NCBI RefSeq assembly: GCF_006345805.1
Contig: NC_043006.1
Span: 33,790,001-33,854,000 of the forward strand
Length of the DNA: 64,000 nt
Direction of reading: 5' to 3'
Origin: Octopus sinensis
Taxonomy: Eukaryota
Each line of letters starts with the position of its first letter. The first letter of the stretch is position 1. Of this stretch, positions 37,585-52,524 are shown piece by piece. A program made the position numbers and the translations under genes. The notes under the pieces were generated by a model. That model saw nothing but the letters and a program-made list of their open reading frames with translations, had not been told where the DNA came from and did not search any database.

Positions 37585-37742
37585 AATATTTTGAATTCGC
37601 CTTAAATGGTCCCTTACATACTGAATACTTGGTGAAATTGATTAATAATTAATTAATTTTACCCCAATTGTTGAAATTATTATATATATATTATATATAT
37701 AATTATATAATATATATATATAGATATATATATATATAATAT

Positions 37743-37774
<32 letters not shown>

Positions 37775-38809
37775 ATATGGCACTCTGTCAGTTATGACAA
37801 CGAGGGTTCCAGTTGATCTGATCAATGGAACAGCCTGCTTGTGAAATTAACGTGCAAGTGGCTGAGCACTCCATAGACACGTGTAGCCTTAACGTAGTTC
37901 TTAGGTAGATTCAGCGAGACACAGAGTGTGACAAGGCTGGCCCCTTTTGAAATACAGGTACAACAGAAACAGGAAGAAAGTTGTGGTGAAAGAGTACAGC
38001 AGGGTTCATCACCCCCCACTGCTAGAGCCTCGTGGAGCTTTAGGTGTTTTTCGTTCAATAAACATTCACAATGCCCAGTTTGGGAATCGAAACCGCAAGT
38101 CCGCTGCCCTAACTGGGCCACTTATGTTGTATACACACACACACACACACATATATATAATATACGTATTCTTTTATTCATTCTTTATTCTTTTACTTAT
38201 TTCAGTCATTTTGACTGCGGCCATGCTGGATCACTACCTTTAGTCGAGCAAATCAATCCCAGGACTTATTCTGTATAAGCCTAGTACTTATTCTATCAGT
38301 CTGTTTTGCCGAACTGCTAAGTTACGGGGACATAAACACACCAGCATCGGTTGTCAATTGATGTTGTGGGACACTCACAAACATATGCACATACACACAC
38401 ACACATACAAAACAGGCTTCTTTCAGTTTCTGTCTACCAAATTCACTCACAAGGTTTTGGTTGACCCGAGGCTGTAGCAGAATACGCTTGCCCAGAACCA
38501 TGTGGTTGGGTAGCAAGCTACTTACCACACGGCCACTCCGGCGCCTATATATATGTATATATGTATATATACAGAAACAGAGAGAGAAAGAGAGATGTGT
38601 ATAGACACATGTAAAACATACAGACAACATCATCAGCATTGCCTTAATTTTAAGTTCCCTGTTGTACTCTTTGATGGTTTGGGGTAACATATTCTGCTCT
38701 TAGGTTTCAATACAGACAAGCACAAATGTATGTACGTATGTGTGTATGTATGTATGTATATATGTGTGTATGTATGTATGTATACATGTATGCATGTATG
38801 CATAAGGTA

Positions 38810-38980
38810 CATGAAGCCCAGTTACAACTACAGCTGGTTATTACCGGTAAAGGTTTTAGTTACCAATTTTGTACAAGACATTGTAGATCTTTAGCTGGGC
38901 TAAAAAGTCACATTTGATCACAGCACCAGTAACAGTTAAGCTTCATGCAATGGCCATACTCGATAACGAGGAGGCAGCCA
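38810..38980 (+). mobile_element. RTE-LINE ORF2 C-terminal zinc-finger and 3' end fragment
   Basis: GFSYQFCTRHCRSLAGLKSHI*SQH (C2H2-like RTE terminus), followed by GCCATACTCGATAACGAGGAGGCAGCC. Confidence 0.6.
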
Positions 38981-38985
38981 TAATA

Positions 38986-39039
<54 letters not shown>

Positions 39040-39924
39040 TTGTATGTATGTGGAAGCACATGGAATAGTTGTGTGGTATTTGACTCATGATCATAATGTT
39101 ACAAGTTCAATTCCCAGTGGCATATTATGCCCTTAAGCAAGACACTTTATTTCATGTTGCTCCAGTCCACTCAGCTGGCAAAAATGAGTTGTACCTCTAT
39201 TTCAAAGGGATAGCCTTGTCACATTCTGTGTCGCAATAAATCTTCCTGAGATTTTAAGGGTACACGTGTCTGTGAAGTACTCAACCACTTGCATGTTAAT
39301 TTCATGAGCAAGCTGTTCCACAGCTGGAACATTCATCATCATAAATGTTAATTCATTTGGGATTAACTCCAAATGAAAAGAGATTATCTCAAGAATAAAG
39401 AATTCTCCAAATTTGACATTCTATATCAGAAAAGACTGATCGCCTGATTATCATCATCATCATTGTCATCATCATCTTCGTCATCATTGTTGACCTCATC
39501 ATCATCATCATCATCTTCACCACCACCACCACCACCACCACCACCATTGTCATCATTATCATCATCATTTGGGGGTTTTTTTTAATCCCAGAACAGGCTA
39601 GAGGTCCTCTTGATCCTATGATGTCCCCCACGTCGATCTTCAACCACTTCATAAGAGTTTTCTGGGTGTGTATTAATGTAATATCAGCAGTTGAGGAGTT
39701 GCCTCTATGTACGCAGAGACCTTATGAATCTATGTTATCTCTGTTCATCTCGGGGGTGGGGTGGGGTGGGGTGGGTAACATGATCGATAGAGCAGGAAGA
39801 AGAGGGGGTGGTGGCAGAAGTTGAACTTGGTTGGAGGTGGGGGGAAGAAGGAAAGCATAAAAGAAGAGGGGTGATGGGCAGGAAATGTGAGAGGCAGAGG
39901 AGGAGGAGGAGGAGTAATGCGCGT

Positions 39925-39970
<46 letters not shown>

Positions 39971-40157
39971 ACACACACACCTATCTAATCTTTTATTTTT
40001 TACTTGTTTCAGTCCTCAGATTGTGGTCATGCTGGGGCTACCTTGAAGAATTTTTAGTTGATTGAATTGACTCCGGTACATATTGTTCTTCAAGCCTGAT
40101 ACTTAATTTATTTGTTTCTTTTGCTGAACTGTTAAGTTATGGGGATGCAAACATACC

Positions 40158-40389
40158 TATTTCTTTACCCACAAGGGGCTAAACAAAGAGGGGACAAACA
40201 AGGACAGACAAACGGATTAAGTCGATTACATCGACCCCAGTGCGTGATTGGTACTTATTTAATTGACCCCGAAAGGATGAAAGGCAAAGTCGACCTCGGC
40301 GGAACTTGAACTCAGAACGTAGCGGAAGACGAAATACTGCTAAGCATTTCGCTTGGCATGCTAACGATTCTGCCAGCTCGCCGCCCTGT
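40158..40389 (-). mobile_element. Family A SINE nested in a family B SINE
   Basis: TSD AAACATACC at 40149-40157 and 40390-40398. Confidence 0.85.
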
Positions 40390-40671
40390 AAACATACCAA
40401 CATCGGCTGTCAAGTGGTAGTAGTGGGACAAACGCACACACAAAGACACACACACACACATACACATATGATTAGCTTCTTTCAGTTTCCATATACCAAA
40501 TCCACTCACAAGGCTTTGGTCGGCCCGAGGCTATAGTAGAAGACACTTGTCCAAGGTGCCACACAATGGGACTGAACATGGAACCATGTGGTTGGTAAGC
40601 AAGCTTCTTACCACACAGCCACGCCTGCACCTATTCATACAACACAACCATGCTTGCATATATTTATATGA

Positions 40672-40704
<33 letters not shown>

Positions 40705-41096
40705 CATGCGCACGTGTATACACAGACACACAGACACACAACATGAGGATGAAATCCATAGTGATAACAAGATGCTGATATTTGAGTTGACATGTTGATG
40801 CTTATGATGCTGTGTAAGAAGATCAGACTCTGAATGGAAAAGACATAAAGAATAAGAAACTGATCAGAGAAACCGATAAAGAAATCTTGGAAAGTGGGGA
40901 AGGAATGGAAGTCTTTGTTGGGTAATTGCAGACTCTGGTTACAAAACTTATTATTTTCAATTAAGGATGGCAAATCTCTCTATTTTTGAGCTTCTTTTGG
41001 ATAATGAAGAATAGCATGAAAGTGAGAGAGGAAAAAAAAAACAAATGTTTGTAACAAGATTATTTTCCATTCATTTTCATAAGTGTGTGTATGTAT

Positions 41097-41432
41097 CTCA
41101 TCATCATCAATATCATTGTTTAATGTTTGTTTTCCATGCTGGCATTGGTTTGATGGTTCGACTGGGGACTAGCAAACCAGGAGGCTGCACCAGGCTCCAG
41201 TCTGATTTGGTAAGGTTTCTACAGCTGGATGCCCTTCCTAATGCCAACCACTCCAAGGGTGTAGTGGGTGCTTTTTACGTGCCACTGGCACAGAAGCCAG
41301 TCAAGGTGGCACTGGTATCAGCCATGTTAGGATGGTGCTTTTCATGTGCCACTGGCATGGGGATCGCAACTACAATTTCCATTTGATCTTGATGTTGATG
41401 TACTTGACTCAATAGGTCTCATCAAGCACAGC
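41097..41432 (-). mobile_element. RTE-LINE 3' fragment
   Basis: Reverse complement of the standard tail; further copies at 45925-46290, 46365-46560, 56010-56240 (+) and 63000-63292 (+). Confidence 0.75.
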
Positions 41433-41454
41433 ATGATGCATTCATATATATATA

Positions 41455-41518
<64 letters not shown>

Positions 41519-42033
41519 GAAGCAAGGAAATGGAATGAAGAGGCTTTGATCACTAATCACAACAATTGTTTCTGTGCAATGATAACAGCTGTTAGTTGTT
41601 GATTTTTCCATATCACACACACACACAGATATATATATGAAGGGCTTTTTTTACTTTCTGTCTACTAAATCCACTCACAATGTTTTGGTTGGCCTAGGGC
41701 TATAGTAGAGATACTTGCCCAAGGTTGCCTTGCATTAGGACTGAACCCAACATCACATGATCAGGAACCAAACTTCTGAACTACACAGCCATGCATGCAT
41801 CTATGTATCTACACATATATATCAAATCAGCTTCAGCACAGTTTCTTTTCGCTAAATTTCAATTGCAAGTCTTCGATGAACTCAAAGCTATTTTAGAACA
41901 CAATTTTCTTTGGTGCCACACAATGGGATTATACCTGGAATCATGCAATTACACATTGAACTTTGGTGTTGTTGTTTTTGTTCTCTTCTAGCACATTCTT
42001 CTCTTTCAGGCAGCCGTAACCAAAGTTCTTTAC

Positions 42034-42094
42034 CTGCCCCCACCCCACTACCAACTACTCCAGCCATCCCGCTCCTCTTAGTTGCTTTCAAGTA
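42034..42094 (-). CDS. Candidate 61-nt exon (YLKATKRSGMAGVVGSGVGA)
   Basis: Acceptor CTGTGTTTTCTGATCTACAG| and donor CAG|GTAAAG. Only one of three frames is open. No homology recognised. Confidence 0.35.
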
Positions 42095-42384
42095 CTGTAG
42101 ATCAGAAAACACAGGGCTAAGCATAATCTCTTTTCAAAAGATAAAGTATTAATAAAACTGTATTTGGAAGAAATGGGTCATAGGGAAATACACAGAGCTT
42201 TGTATATTGAAAAGCTGATAAGATGGAGTTGAAATAAGCTATGGTATATATTTAGTATTATATTCCCACACATTCAGTCGTTTTGTTGTTGTTTAGTCTC
42301 AGGTTAGCTTTGATCAAGCAAACCTATGATCAAACGCAGTCCACTCTCGCATTTTCAATTTCTTCTAATGTCTATCGGCCTACA

Positions 42385-42797
42385 TTATCAGTTAGAGGAA
42401 ATTTCGCTGGAAATATTTTTGCCATAGGAAGATTCGCTGAAAGAAATTTCGCCGTAGGAAAAATTCACGATAAGAAATAAATAAATGAATAAATTGCAAA
42501 CATCTAGAAAGATTAACTGTTTTCTTAAAATGGCAACTTTCATATGTTTTAAATGAGCTCATAATGTTTTCTTAATGTTTGACGTTGAATAAAGACTTGC
42601 TTATCTAATGCTTTTACAAAACCTTTCATTCTTCTTTTCTTTTTCTATTTTAAAAAAAAGCTGATGTAACATTCTTTACCATTGTCCATTTGGCAAATTT
42701 GTCTTACAGCAAATTTTCCAATTTGCTGAAATTTCTTGCAATTTCTTGAGGCAAATTTTCCCACAGCAAAAATATTATAAAGCGAATTTTCCAGATA
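42385..42797. mobile_element. Foldback/MULE-like non-autonomous element with modular subterminal repeats of about 15 bp
   Basis: GGAAATTTCGC-type units at 42395-42470 and inverted GC(G)AAATTTTCC-type units at 42690-42795. Confidence 0.5.
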
Positions 42798-43225
42798 CAT
42801 ACATTATCTTTTGTTAGAAACCATTATTATCATCATAATCATCATCATTATTATTATTATTATTAATATTATTATTTCTCTTTATCACAGGTTTTGTTGG
42901 AGCTCCTGGAGTCTTGCATACATAGCAGGCTTACTACCTACAACCTATGGTACCATGCTATCCATTCTTTTCAGCTATCTAATACTTTCCTGGTCATCGT
43001 CGTCGTTGTCGTCATCACCGTCGCTGTCGCTAGTACGATGGACGAAATGCTTAGTGGTATTATGCCCGTTGCTACATTCTAAGTTCAAATTCTGCCAAGG
43101 TCAACTTTGCCTTTCATCCTTTCGGGGTCAATAAATTAAGTACCAGTGAAACACTGGGGTCGATGTAATCGACAAGTCTCCTCCCTGCCAAATTTCAGGC
43201 CTTGTGCCTTTGGTAGAAAGGATTA

Positions 43226-43257
<32 letters not shown>

Positions 43258-43536
43258 GAGGTGGCAAACTGGCAGAACTGTGAGCATGCCAGGTAAAAAT
43301 GCTAAGTGACATTTCGTTCGTCTTTATGTTTTGGATTCAAATTCCACCAGGGTCAACTTGACATTTCATCCATTTGGAGTTGATAAAGTAAGTACCAGTG
43401 GTATACTGGAGTCAATGTAATTGACTAGCCCCCTCCCCTCAAATTTCAGGCCTTATTATAATTATTCATCCTGTATTTTGTCCCTATATGTTTTATCTGA
43501 TTTTTGTTAGCCCTTGTGGCCAATAAACGAGAATTA

Positions 43537-43576
<40 letters not shown>

Positions 43577-44180
43577 GTAGTAGTAGTAGTAGTAAGGTAG
43601 TGAGCTGGCTGAATTGTCATCATGTCAGAGAAAGTGCTTTGCAGTTTTCCCTCTGGCTCTTAACATTCTCAGTTTAAATATCTTTGAGGTTGGATATTTG
43701 CTTCCATTCTTCAGAAGTCAAAGAATTAGAGTACATGTCCAGTACTAAGATTGATGTCAGAGACTAACCTCTCACCCTCTAGAAATGCAGGCCTTGTGCC
43801 AAAATTAGAAACACTTATCATTATCATTATTATCATCATTATTATTGTTGTTGTAAATGTTGTGAGTGAATGGGACCTGCTCCTAGCATACGCCTGTAGT
43901 TGGAAAAAAAATTAGGAGAAAGGCACCTGCCCTAAAAGACAGGGGCCTCATGGGTTTTATGGGGTTTTTCACTGAGCAGCTCTTGAACGTCTCCTCCCTA
44001 TTGAAGATTACACATTGTTGATTTGTTTCTCTTATAATTTTGATAGTCTTGTTTACACACAAAACCCTCACAACACGCACTCACACACACATACGCACAC
44101 ACAGTCTTTATTTTGTTCTGTACTGTCCATAATGTTTTTCTTAATGTAAACCCTTGATGTTAATAAAGAAATCATTATCA

Positions 44181-44215
<35 letters not shown>

Positions 44216-44438
44216 GTGTTTGCTTTGGGTTATGTTGTGTTTGAACCTCTCCCTTGAATTATTCTACAACAGCTAATTTAATCATGGCCTTTACATTCGA
44301 AGGGGACATAACTCTAATTTTCTTTCTTTTCCCATTTATATTCATCCTTCCACTTTTTGCATCAACCTTCTTGTGTCATAAAAAACCTGTCTTCACAGCA
44401 AGAAATTATATATATATATAATAAATATATATGTATGT

Positions 44439-44503
<65 letters not shown>

Positions 44504-44735
44504 TATAATATTTATTCTATTATGTTACTTGTTTCAGTCATTTGACTGCGGTCATGCTGGAGCACCGCCTTTAGTCAAACAAATCGACCCCAGGGCTTAA
44601 TTTTTGTAAGCCTAGTACTTATTGTGTTGGTCTCTTTTGCTGAATCGCTAAGTTATGGGGATGTAAACACACCAGCATCGGCTGTCAAGCAATGTTGGGG
44701 CAACAAACACAGACACAAGTATATATATATATATA

Positions 44736-44806
<71 letters not shown>

Positions 44807-45149
44807 CCATGGGCTTCTTTCAGTTTCCATCTACCAAATCCACTCACAAGGCTTTGGTTGGCCCAAGGCTATTGTAGAAGACATTTGCCCAAGGTGCCAC
44901 ACAGTGGGACTGAACCAGGAACCATGTAGTTTATGCATTTATATATATATATCTGTATATATATATATATATATGCATATATGGGTACAGGACGTCACCA
45001 TGTGTGTAAACAACATGAAGTATGAAAACAAATGAGTTAAATATGCAAGCAACAAGAGAAAAAATGGAAAACAGGACACATGTATATATTTAATTTTGTA
45101 TTTGGTTTGCAAGATTCTTTATGGGAATTCGTGTGATGAAGCATACTTT

Positions 45150-45321
45150 ATTGTGTCTGGGGAGAGTCATTCTGCTTTAATGCCTTATTAATTAACAACT
45201 ATTGAAGAGGTCGCAAGAAACAATGAAAATTTCAGAAAAAATAAATAAGGAGTGGAAATTGAACCAGTGTGTGTGTTAATTAAATTGGCATTAAAACAGA
45301 ATGACCCTCCCTAAATACAAT
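45150..45321. repeat. Inverted repeat with 48-bp arms
   Basis: 45150-45197 versus 45274-45321, about 40 of 48 positions complementary. Confidence 0.75.
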
Positions 45322-45763
45322 ACACACACTCACATACACACACATATATATATATATGTATGTATTATATATATATTATATATATATGTACCATTATGTA
45401 TGTACAAAATTACAAAATATCAGAAACCTTTAACAGCAGATAAGACATACGGTGCATAAGAAAGCGTTATATTTCTCTCTTCATGTTTCTCTTGTATCAC
45501 AGAGACTTTGGTCTTCTGCCAAGATTATATGTAGGAGAGAAGGTGCATCATTACACTTGCACATGTGCTTTGTTGTTTTGCACAGTACTGAGATCTAAGT
45601 ATAAGTCTGAGCTGCCTTGCGGTGCACACAGACTTATCTTGATGCCATCTGCTGTCAGTATCGCACTTGACAGATAAATGTACACACATACACATGCATA
45701 GATATAAACACACACACACACACTCCCAGCTATGTGTGCGTGCGCACGTGTATGTGTGTGTGT

Positions 45764-45812
<49 letters not shown>

Positions 45813-46288
45813 CATACATAACAACCAATCTGTCTGTCATGTAATACATCTCTATGTGTGTGTCGGTATATCTAGAAGTGCAAAATTCTGTTTAACTAGA
45901 TTGGTGTGTTTACATATAACGTCTTCATTATCATCATCATCATCATCATCATCATAATCATCATCATCATTTAACGTCCATTGTCAATGCTGGCATTGGT
46001 TGGGCAGTTTGGAAGGCTGTACTGGACTCCAGTCTGATTTTACATGGTTTTCTACAGCTGGATGCCCTTCATAATGCCAACCACTCTGAGAGTGTATTGG
46101 ATACTTTTATGTGCCACAAGCATGGGTGCCATTTGCATGACACCAGTTTCGGCCATGACTGCAATTTTGCTCAGCTTAATGGGTTTTCTTCTCAAGCACA
46201 ACACAATACCAAAGGTCTTGGTCATTGCCTCTGTAAGGCCCAATACTCGAAAGGAACTCAGCCACTTTGGCTCTGTGAGGCCCAATGC

Positions 46289-46347
<59 letters not shown>

Positions 46348-47629
46348 CATACATACACACACACACACCATCATGATCATCATCATCATGATCATCATCA
46401 TCGTTTAACATCTGCTTTCCATGCTGGCATGGGTTGGATGGTTTGACTGAGGACTGGCAAACCAGAAGGCTGCACCAGGTTCCAGTCTGATCTGGCAAGC
46501 TTTCTACAGCTGGATGCCCTTCCTAATGCCAACCACTCTGAGAGTGTAGTGCATGCTTTTGACAAATGTTACTATGGTTGTGTGATTGTGAAGTTAGTTC
46601 CAAGGCCATATTGTTCCAGTTTGGTCCCATTTCATGACACCTTGAGCAATTGTCTCCTACTCTAGTCCCAGGCTGATGAAAACATTGTAAGTGGATTTTA
46701 TAGACACAATTTCATAAGTAACCCATCATGTGCATGTGTGTATATGTGTGTGTGCACACATGCATATGTGTGTATGTATATATGCGGCGAGCTGGCAGAA
46801 TCGTTAGCACCCGGGCGAAATGCGTAGCCGTATTTCGACTGCCGCTACGTTCTGAGTTCAAATTCCGTCTAGGTCGACTTTGCCTTTCATCCTTTCGGGG
46901 TCGATAAATTAAGTACCAGTTTCGACCTGGGGTCGATGTAATCGACTTAATCCCTTTGTCTTGTCCTTGTTTGTTCCCTCTGTGTTTAGCCCCTTGTGGG
47001 TAGTAAAGAAATACGTATATATGTATGTGTGTGTGTGTATTAGCACAGACATGGTCGTGTTGCTAAGAAGCTTTCTTCCAAACCATATGCTCTCAGGTTC
47101 AATTCCACTGCGTGGCACCTTGACCAAGTGTCTTCTGCTATAGCTCCAAGTTGACCAAAGCCTTGTGAGTGTATTTGGTAGACAAAAACTGAGAGAAGCT
47201 TGTTTATGTTTGTGTGTGTGTATCTTTCTGTTTATATATATATATATACACACACATGCACACACACGCACATACACACACATATGCTCTCTCTCTAACT
47301 TTCTCCCCATTTATCAGCCTCTTGTACTATCTTATATCTCTCCCTACCACTACACACTCAATAATACTATAAAAAGAGTCAAAATGCTTGCAAAACTTAG
47401 TCAATTTGAAAACTCCACTAGAGTGGATGAAAGCACTAATAAATGATATATGATTTATAAAAACATGTAACATACTAATAAATATCCGTAAATATAAAAC
47501 CATCTGGATTTCTGAGTACCTCATTTTTTCTTATATATAATACCTGCACATCATCTCCAAACCTTCTAATACACACACACATATACATATATATATGATG
47601 GCCTTTTTTCATCATCATCATCATCACGA

Positions 47630-48190
47630 GGCTTACTGATTGACATTTCTTTATACATCCAGCCACATCACATGACCCTACCAGCACAATCCTCTTTCCC
47701 AAATACCACCTCTGATGCCTCGCACACAATTTTTCTCATGAAACACTTTTACTTTGTCATGCACGCAAAATGCTACTGCACATCCATTGAACCTTGCTAC
47801 TTTCATATTTTTCTAGTCTGGGCATGCCCTCTGCATTTGAACCCCAAATTTCATGACCATATAGTTTTGCTATTCATACACAGGCATCATACAATCTGCC
47901 GTTCACTCTGTGAAAGAGGTCTCTGAATTTTCTCCAGCCAGTCCTTATTCTAGCAACTATATTTTCAGTACATCCTCCTCCACTGCTAATTAGGACACCT
48001 AGATAACAGAAACTATCTACCTCTTCTAGGGAACCTTTTGAGCATTCCAGAATGTCTATTTCCCATGTGCTCTTACTATTTATTGCTCCTGCACATTTGC
48101 CACAAACAAATTCTACTTTCTGTTAACCTTCCTGCGATTCCACTGCACTTCTTATGGGCCCATAATCTACATTAAGCATAAATGTTACTC
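47630..48190 (-). pseudogene. RTE-clade LINE reverse transcriptase (ORF2) C-terminal fragment
   Basis: DSFCYLGVLISSGGGCTENIVARIRTGWRKFRDL...GRLYDACV...LYGHEIW...GHVM, with stops and frameshifts. Confidence 0.85.
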
Positions 48191-48654
48191 CTTATAACAA
48201 TGGAATATGATTTGGAGGAATTTTTCCCCTTCATTTTGTCTTTAGTATATCTTGGTATCAAGGTATTGGCCAGACTACTGGATGTTGTCATAATTCACTG
48301 ATCACAATACACTCCACATTGTTTCAACCTTAAAATAATGCTACTCTGCTGACCAGGTGACCAGGCCAACATTCCCCCTAACAGGAAGGTTAGTCTGTCA
48401 CAGAGTCACCCATTTACAGCCAGGTGGACTGGACCAACATTAAATGAAGTGTTTTGCTCAAGATCACAACATGCAGTCTGGTCTAGGAATCAGACCCTCA
48501 ACCCAGCAGTTGTAGGTGCAACACTCTAACCATCAGGCCATGTGCCTTCACCTTTAGCATGTTCTGTAGTTATATTTAGATTTTGTCTTTTTTGTTTACT
48601 TTTTCTATTGTTTTGTCCTAAAGACTTTTCCTGTCACACAATTAATACCTTACA

Positions 48655-48872
48655 AAAGGCAGCAAGCAGGCAGAAACGTTGGCACGCCAGGCAAAATGCT
48701 TAGCAGTATTTCGTCTGTCTTTATGTTCTAAGTTCAAATTCTGCCATGGTTGACTTTGCCTTTCATCCTTTTGGGGTCGATAAATTAAGTAACAGTAACA
48801 TACTGGGGTCAATCTAATCAACTGGGCCCCTCCCCCAAAATTTCGGGCCTTGTGCCCAGAGTAGAAAAGAAT
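48655..48872 (+). mobile_element. Family A SINE with 15-bp TSD
   Basis: TSD AATTAATACCTTACA at 48640-48654 and 48873-48887. Confidence 0.9.
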
Positions 48873-49178
48873 AATTAATACCTTACACAATGTGGATAGT
48901 CATGTATCTCTTCTACAATAGGAAACCTCTTTCTACCTTTGCTTTCATACTTTAAACCTCTCAAAATCGTGTATAAAGTCTTCTCCTAATCATGTGTGTG
49001 TGTGAGACCATCCTCTTTTCTTGATATCGTTTGATAGCTGTAAACGAGCTTCACCTTCATATAAGCGGGGCTGTTCTAATTTTCCATGAAAAATTTGTCC
49101 TGCTATTGAGAAATACTTCTTCACTTGGAAACAGAAAATTTTGTCTGAGCCATGCAAATATGTAAAAGTGGATGCTAA

Positions 49179-49214
<36 letters not shown>

Positions 49215-49273
49215 TGATGATGATGTATGAATATCCATACATACATACACACATGCACACACACAGACATATG

Positions 49274-49351
<78 letters not shown>

Positions 49352-49352
49352 C

Positions 49353-49399
<47 letters not shown>

Positions 49400-49567
49400 C
49401 ATACATACATAAATACATATATGCATGTATGTATGTCATTGTTCAGTTTTATTTCAAGATTCCTTGCCAAACGTATGTATGTATGTATGTATGTATGTAT
49501 GTATGTATGTATGTATGTATGTATGTATGTATGCATGTATGTATGTATGCATGTAATACACACTTAC

Positions 49568-49652
49568 TCATGCTTAGGATTTCTGCCTGGGATAGAATTT
49601 CCTGCGACTCTGATTTATTGAACTTTTCAATACCCACAACAAAATTGTTAAT
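49568..49652 (-). CDS. Candidate 85-nt exon (INNFVVGIEKFNKSESQEILSQAEILSM)
   Basis: Consensus donor ATGA|GTAAGT, acceptor TTTGTAG| with a weak pyrimidine tract, unique sequence between microsatellites, protein-like amphipathic composition. Confidence 0.4.
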
Positions 49653-49746
49653 CTACAAATCTATTGAGTTTTTGCTATCCTTGAGGCATTGATACGTACT
49701 AGTCTATATGCATTGCCACACCCACACACGCATACACACACATGCT

Positions 49747-49780
<34 letters not shown>

Positions 49781-49861
49781 TGTGTGTGTGTGTGTATGTG
49801 TGTGTGCATATCTATGTGTACACAATCCATGCTAGCATGGAAAGCAGACATTAAATGATGA

Positions 49862-49906
<45 letters not shown>

Positions 49907-50909
49907 CATATACATGCGCACACACACACATATACATATACATATATATATGTACATATACATATATATATATATACATACATATACATATACATACATA
50001 CACACACACACACACACAGAATATACATATATACATGTGTGTATTGTCATATGCACACACACATACAGTTACACAGACACACACATACACACACACACAC
50101 ACCACCACACACACACACACACATACTAAAAGACACACAGACAAAACGTGAAAACATTCAATAATCAGCCTCGGCATTGCAACAATCAGACAGCCAGGAG
50201 AAAGACTGCACTAGGTGCAGCATAGTGCACATTCAAAAATGCAATTCTACTGCACATATCTTGTAAATTCTATATTTTATGTTAACACAATTCTAGATCA
50301 TTCTCTCCTTCACTTTGTTTTTCCCTCCTTTTTTCCTTTCTCTTTTAACCCCTTACACACCACATCTGCCAAGGAAGTTTTTACATCACTTCAATCTCTC
50401 TCTGCCTCCGCCTCCTCTTCCTCCCCTCTCTTACACACTCTTTTCCTCTTACTCACCCTCTTCTATTAACAATGCTTTAATCCTTCTTTTACTCTCCGTC
50501 CTATTACATCCCCTCCTCTCTATCTCTCTCTTACACATCTTTCTTGGTCTCTCTCTTCCAGTCCCTGTTTGTCTTATATACTCTTTCTCTTTGTCTCTCT
50601 CTCTCTCTCTGTCTCCTTCTCTCTTTCTCTTTCTCTCTGTCTGTCTGTCTCTCCTTCGTCTCTCTGTCTCACCCTCTCTCTTCCATTGAGTTCCTTTTTT
50701 TTTATTCCTGCATCAAAACAGTCTCTACCATAACCTTCATTAGAACTTGCTACTTAGATATACATTTCAAACCATACACACACATACATGTGTGTAACAT
50801 ATATATTTTATATATATATTATATATATATAATATAAATATATCAATGTGTTTGTGTATAAACAATAAGCATATGTGTATATAGATATGCATCATCTGTA
50901 TGTATATAC

Positions 50910-50940
<31 letters not shown>

Positions 50941-51027
50941 AATAATATATACATATAAATAATATATATAAATAAATAAATATATATATGCATGATTGCA
51001 TATATGTACATATATCTGTGTGTGTGT

Positions 51028-51058
<31 letters not shown>

Positions 51059-51419
51059 CATAAGACAATATTAACTTCCATGCTTATGTATCGATTCTTC
51101 TTCGTCTTCTTCTTCTTGTCTTTTCCCTCTCCCTTTTCCTTTTGCCTCAGTTCTTTTTCCTTTATCCCCACCACCATCATCATCATCCACAGCAGCAGCA
51201 CCACCACCCCCACCACTGCCACCACAACCATTATCATCATCATCATCATCACCATCACCACCGTCAGCTGATGGCCAACAGAGAAAACAGTTTATGTTTT
51301 GTTTATGAATTGTTGTTTGTTGTTCTTTTTTTTTTGTAGATATATTTTTGATTGATTGCTTTGCTTCTAGAACTTACTGAACCATAAATAGCTGTCCTGC
51401 TTCTATTTTTAGCTCCCCA

Positions 51420-52020
51420 AAGACAAGGAAGATATCGGCAGTGCAAGTGTTAGGTGGTGGTGGTGTGGTGGTGGTGGTGGTGGTGGTGGTGGGAAATCTT
51501 GGCTTTCTCTTCCACTTCCACCACTGCCGCCACACCACCACCACCACCACACATACATGATGTTTACAATTCTGTAACACATCCATCATTACCACCACCA
51601 CCATCCCCACCACACCACCACCACCACCACAACCACCACCACCACCACCACCACCACACCACCACCACCACCACCACCAAAACCACCACCACCACCATCA
51701 CTACCACCACCACATCACAACCACCATCACCACCACCACCAACATCACAACAACCATCACCACCCACCCCATCACCACCACCACAACCACCACCAACCAC
51801 CACCACCACCACACACCACCACCACCACCACCACCAACCCCCCCACCACCATCACTACCCACCACCACCCACCACCACCCGACAAACCACCATCACCACC
51901 ACCACCACCATCACAACCACCATCACCACCACCACCACCGCAAGCACCAGTAGTGCCAATCCCACCAGCGCCACCCTCACCATCTCTACCTTCACACCAC
52001 TCATTCTTCAACTAGCCTGA
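51420..52020. repeat. Cryptic (ACC/CAC)n low-complexity tract
   Basis: Degenerate trinucleotide array; similar tracts at 17200-17530, 50370-50700 (CT-rich) and 54880-55200. Confidence 0.9.
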
Positions 52021-52524
52021 ACATTGCAGCTAATGGTGTGTTTTCTTTCTCCTTTCTTTCTTTGCTTCTTCTTCTTCTTCTTCTTCTTCTTGCTGCTTCT
52101 TCCTTGTTCTTCTTCTGATCTTCTTTCCATATGTCTCTCAAACAATCTTACTTTATAACTATTTATTACTCTCTCTCTCTCTCTCTCTCCTAACAGTCTT
52201 TCTTCCTCTCACATTCTTTCCCTGTCACCCCCCCCCCTTATCTACTCCCATCTCATTCCCTCTCACCTGCTTCCCTCTCCCTCCCTCTCTTCCTCTTACT
52301 CTCTTGCCCACTCCCCTTCCCTGGAAACCTTCAACTCTCTATCTAAATCACTTCTGCTCATTTTAAATAATTGAAATCATTGTATGCATATACACACACA
52401 CACACATTCCTGCACAGGCATGGCTGGTTGAAAAATTCTGCTTCCAAGTCATGTGGTTTTGAGTTCAAGCCCATTCTGTAGCACTTTGACCGACTGTCTG
52501 CTCCTATAACATCTCTTGAGCTGA

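Noticed and set aside
40818-40925. Plus-strand frame DQTLNGKDIKNKKLIRETDKEILESGEGMEVFVG with GG|GTAATT donor
   Set aside because: The acceptor is poor and purine-rich DNA gives K/E/R-rich peptides by chance. Similar unsupported frames lie at 20390-20500 (-) and 60440-60506 (+).
51454-52020. 188 aa Pro/Thr/His mucin-like ORF
   Set aside because: Degenerate (ACC)n array with no splice or start context.
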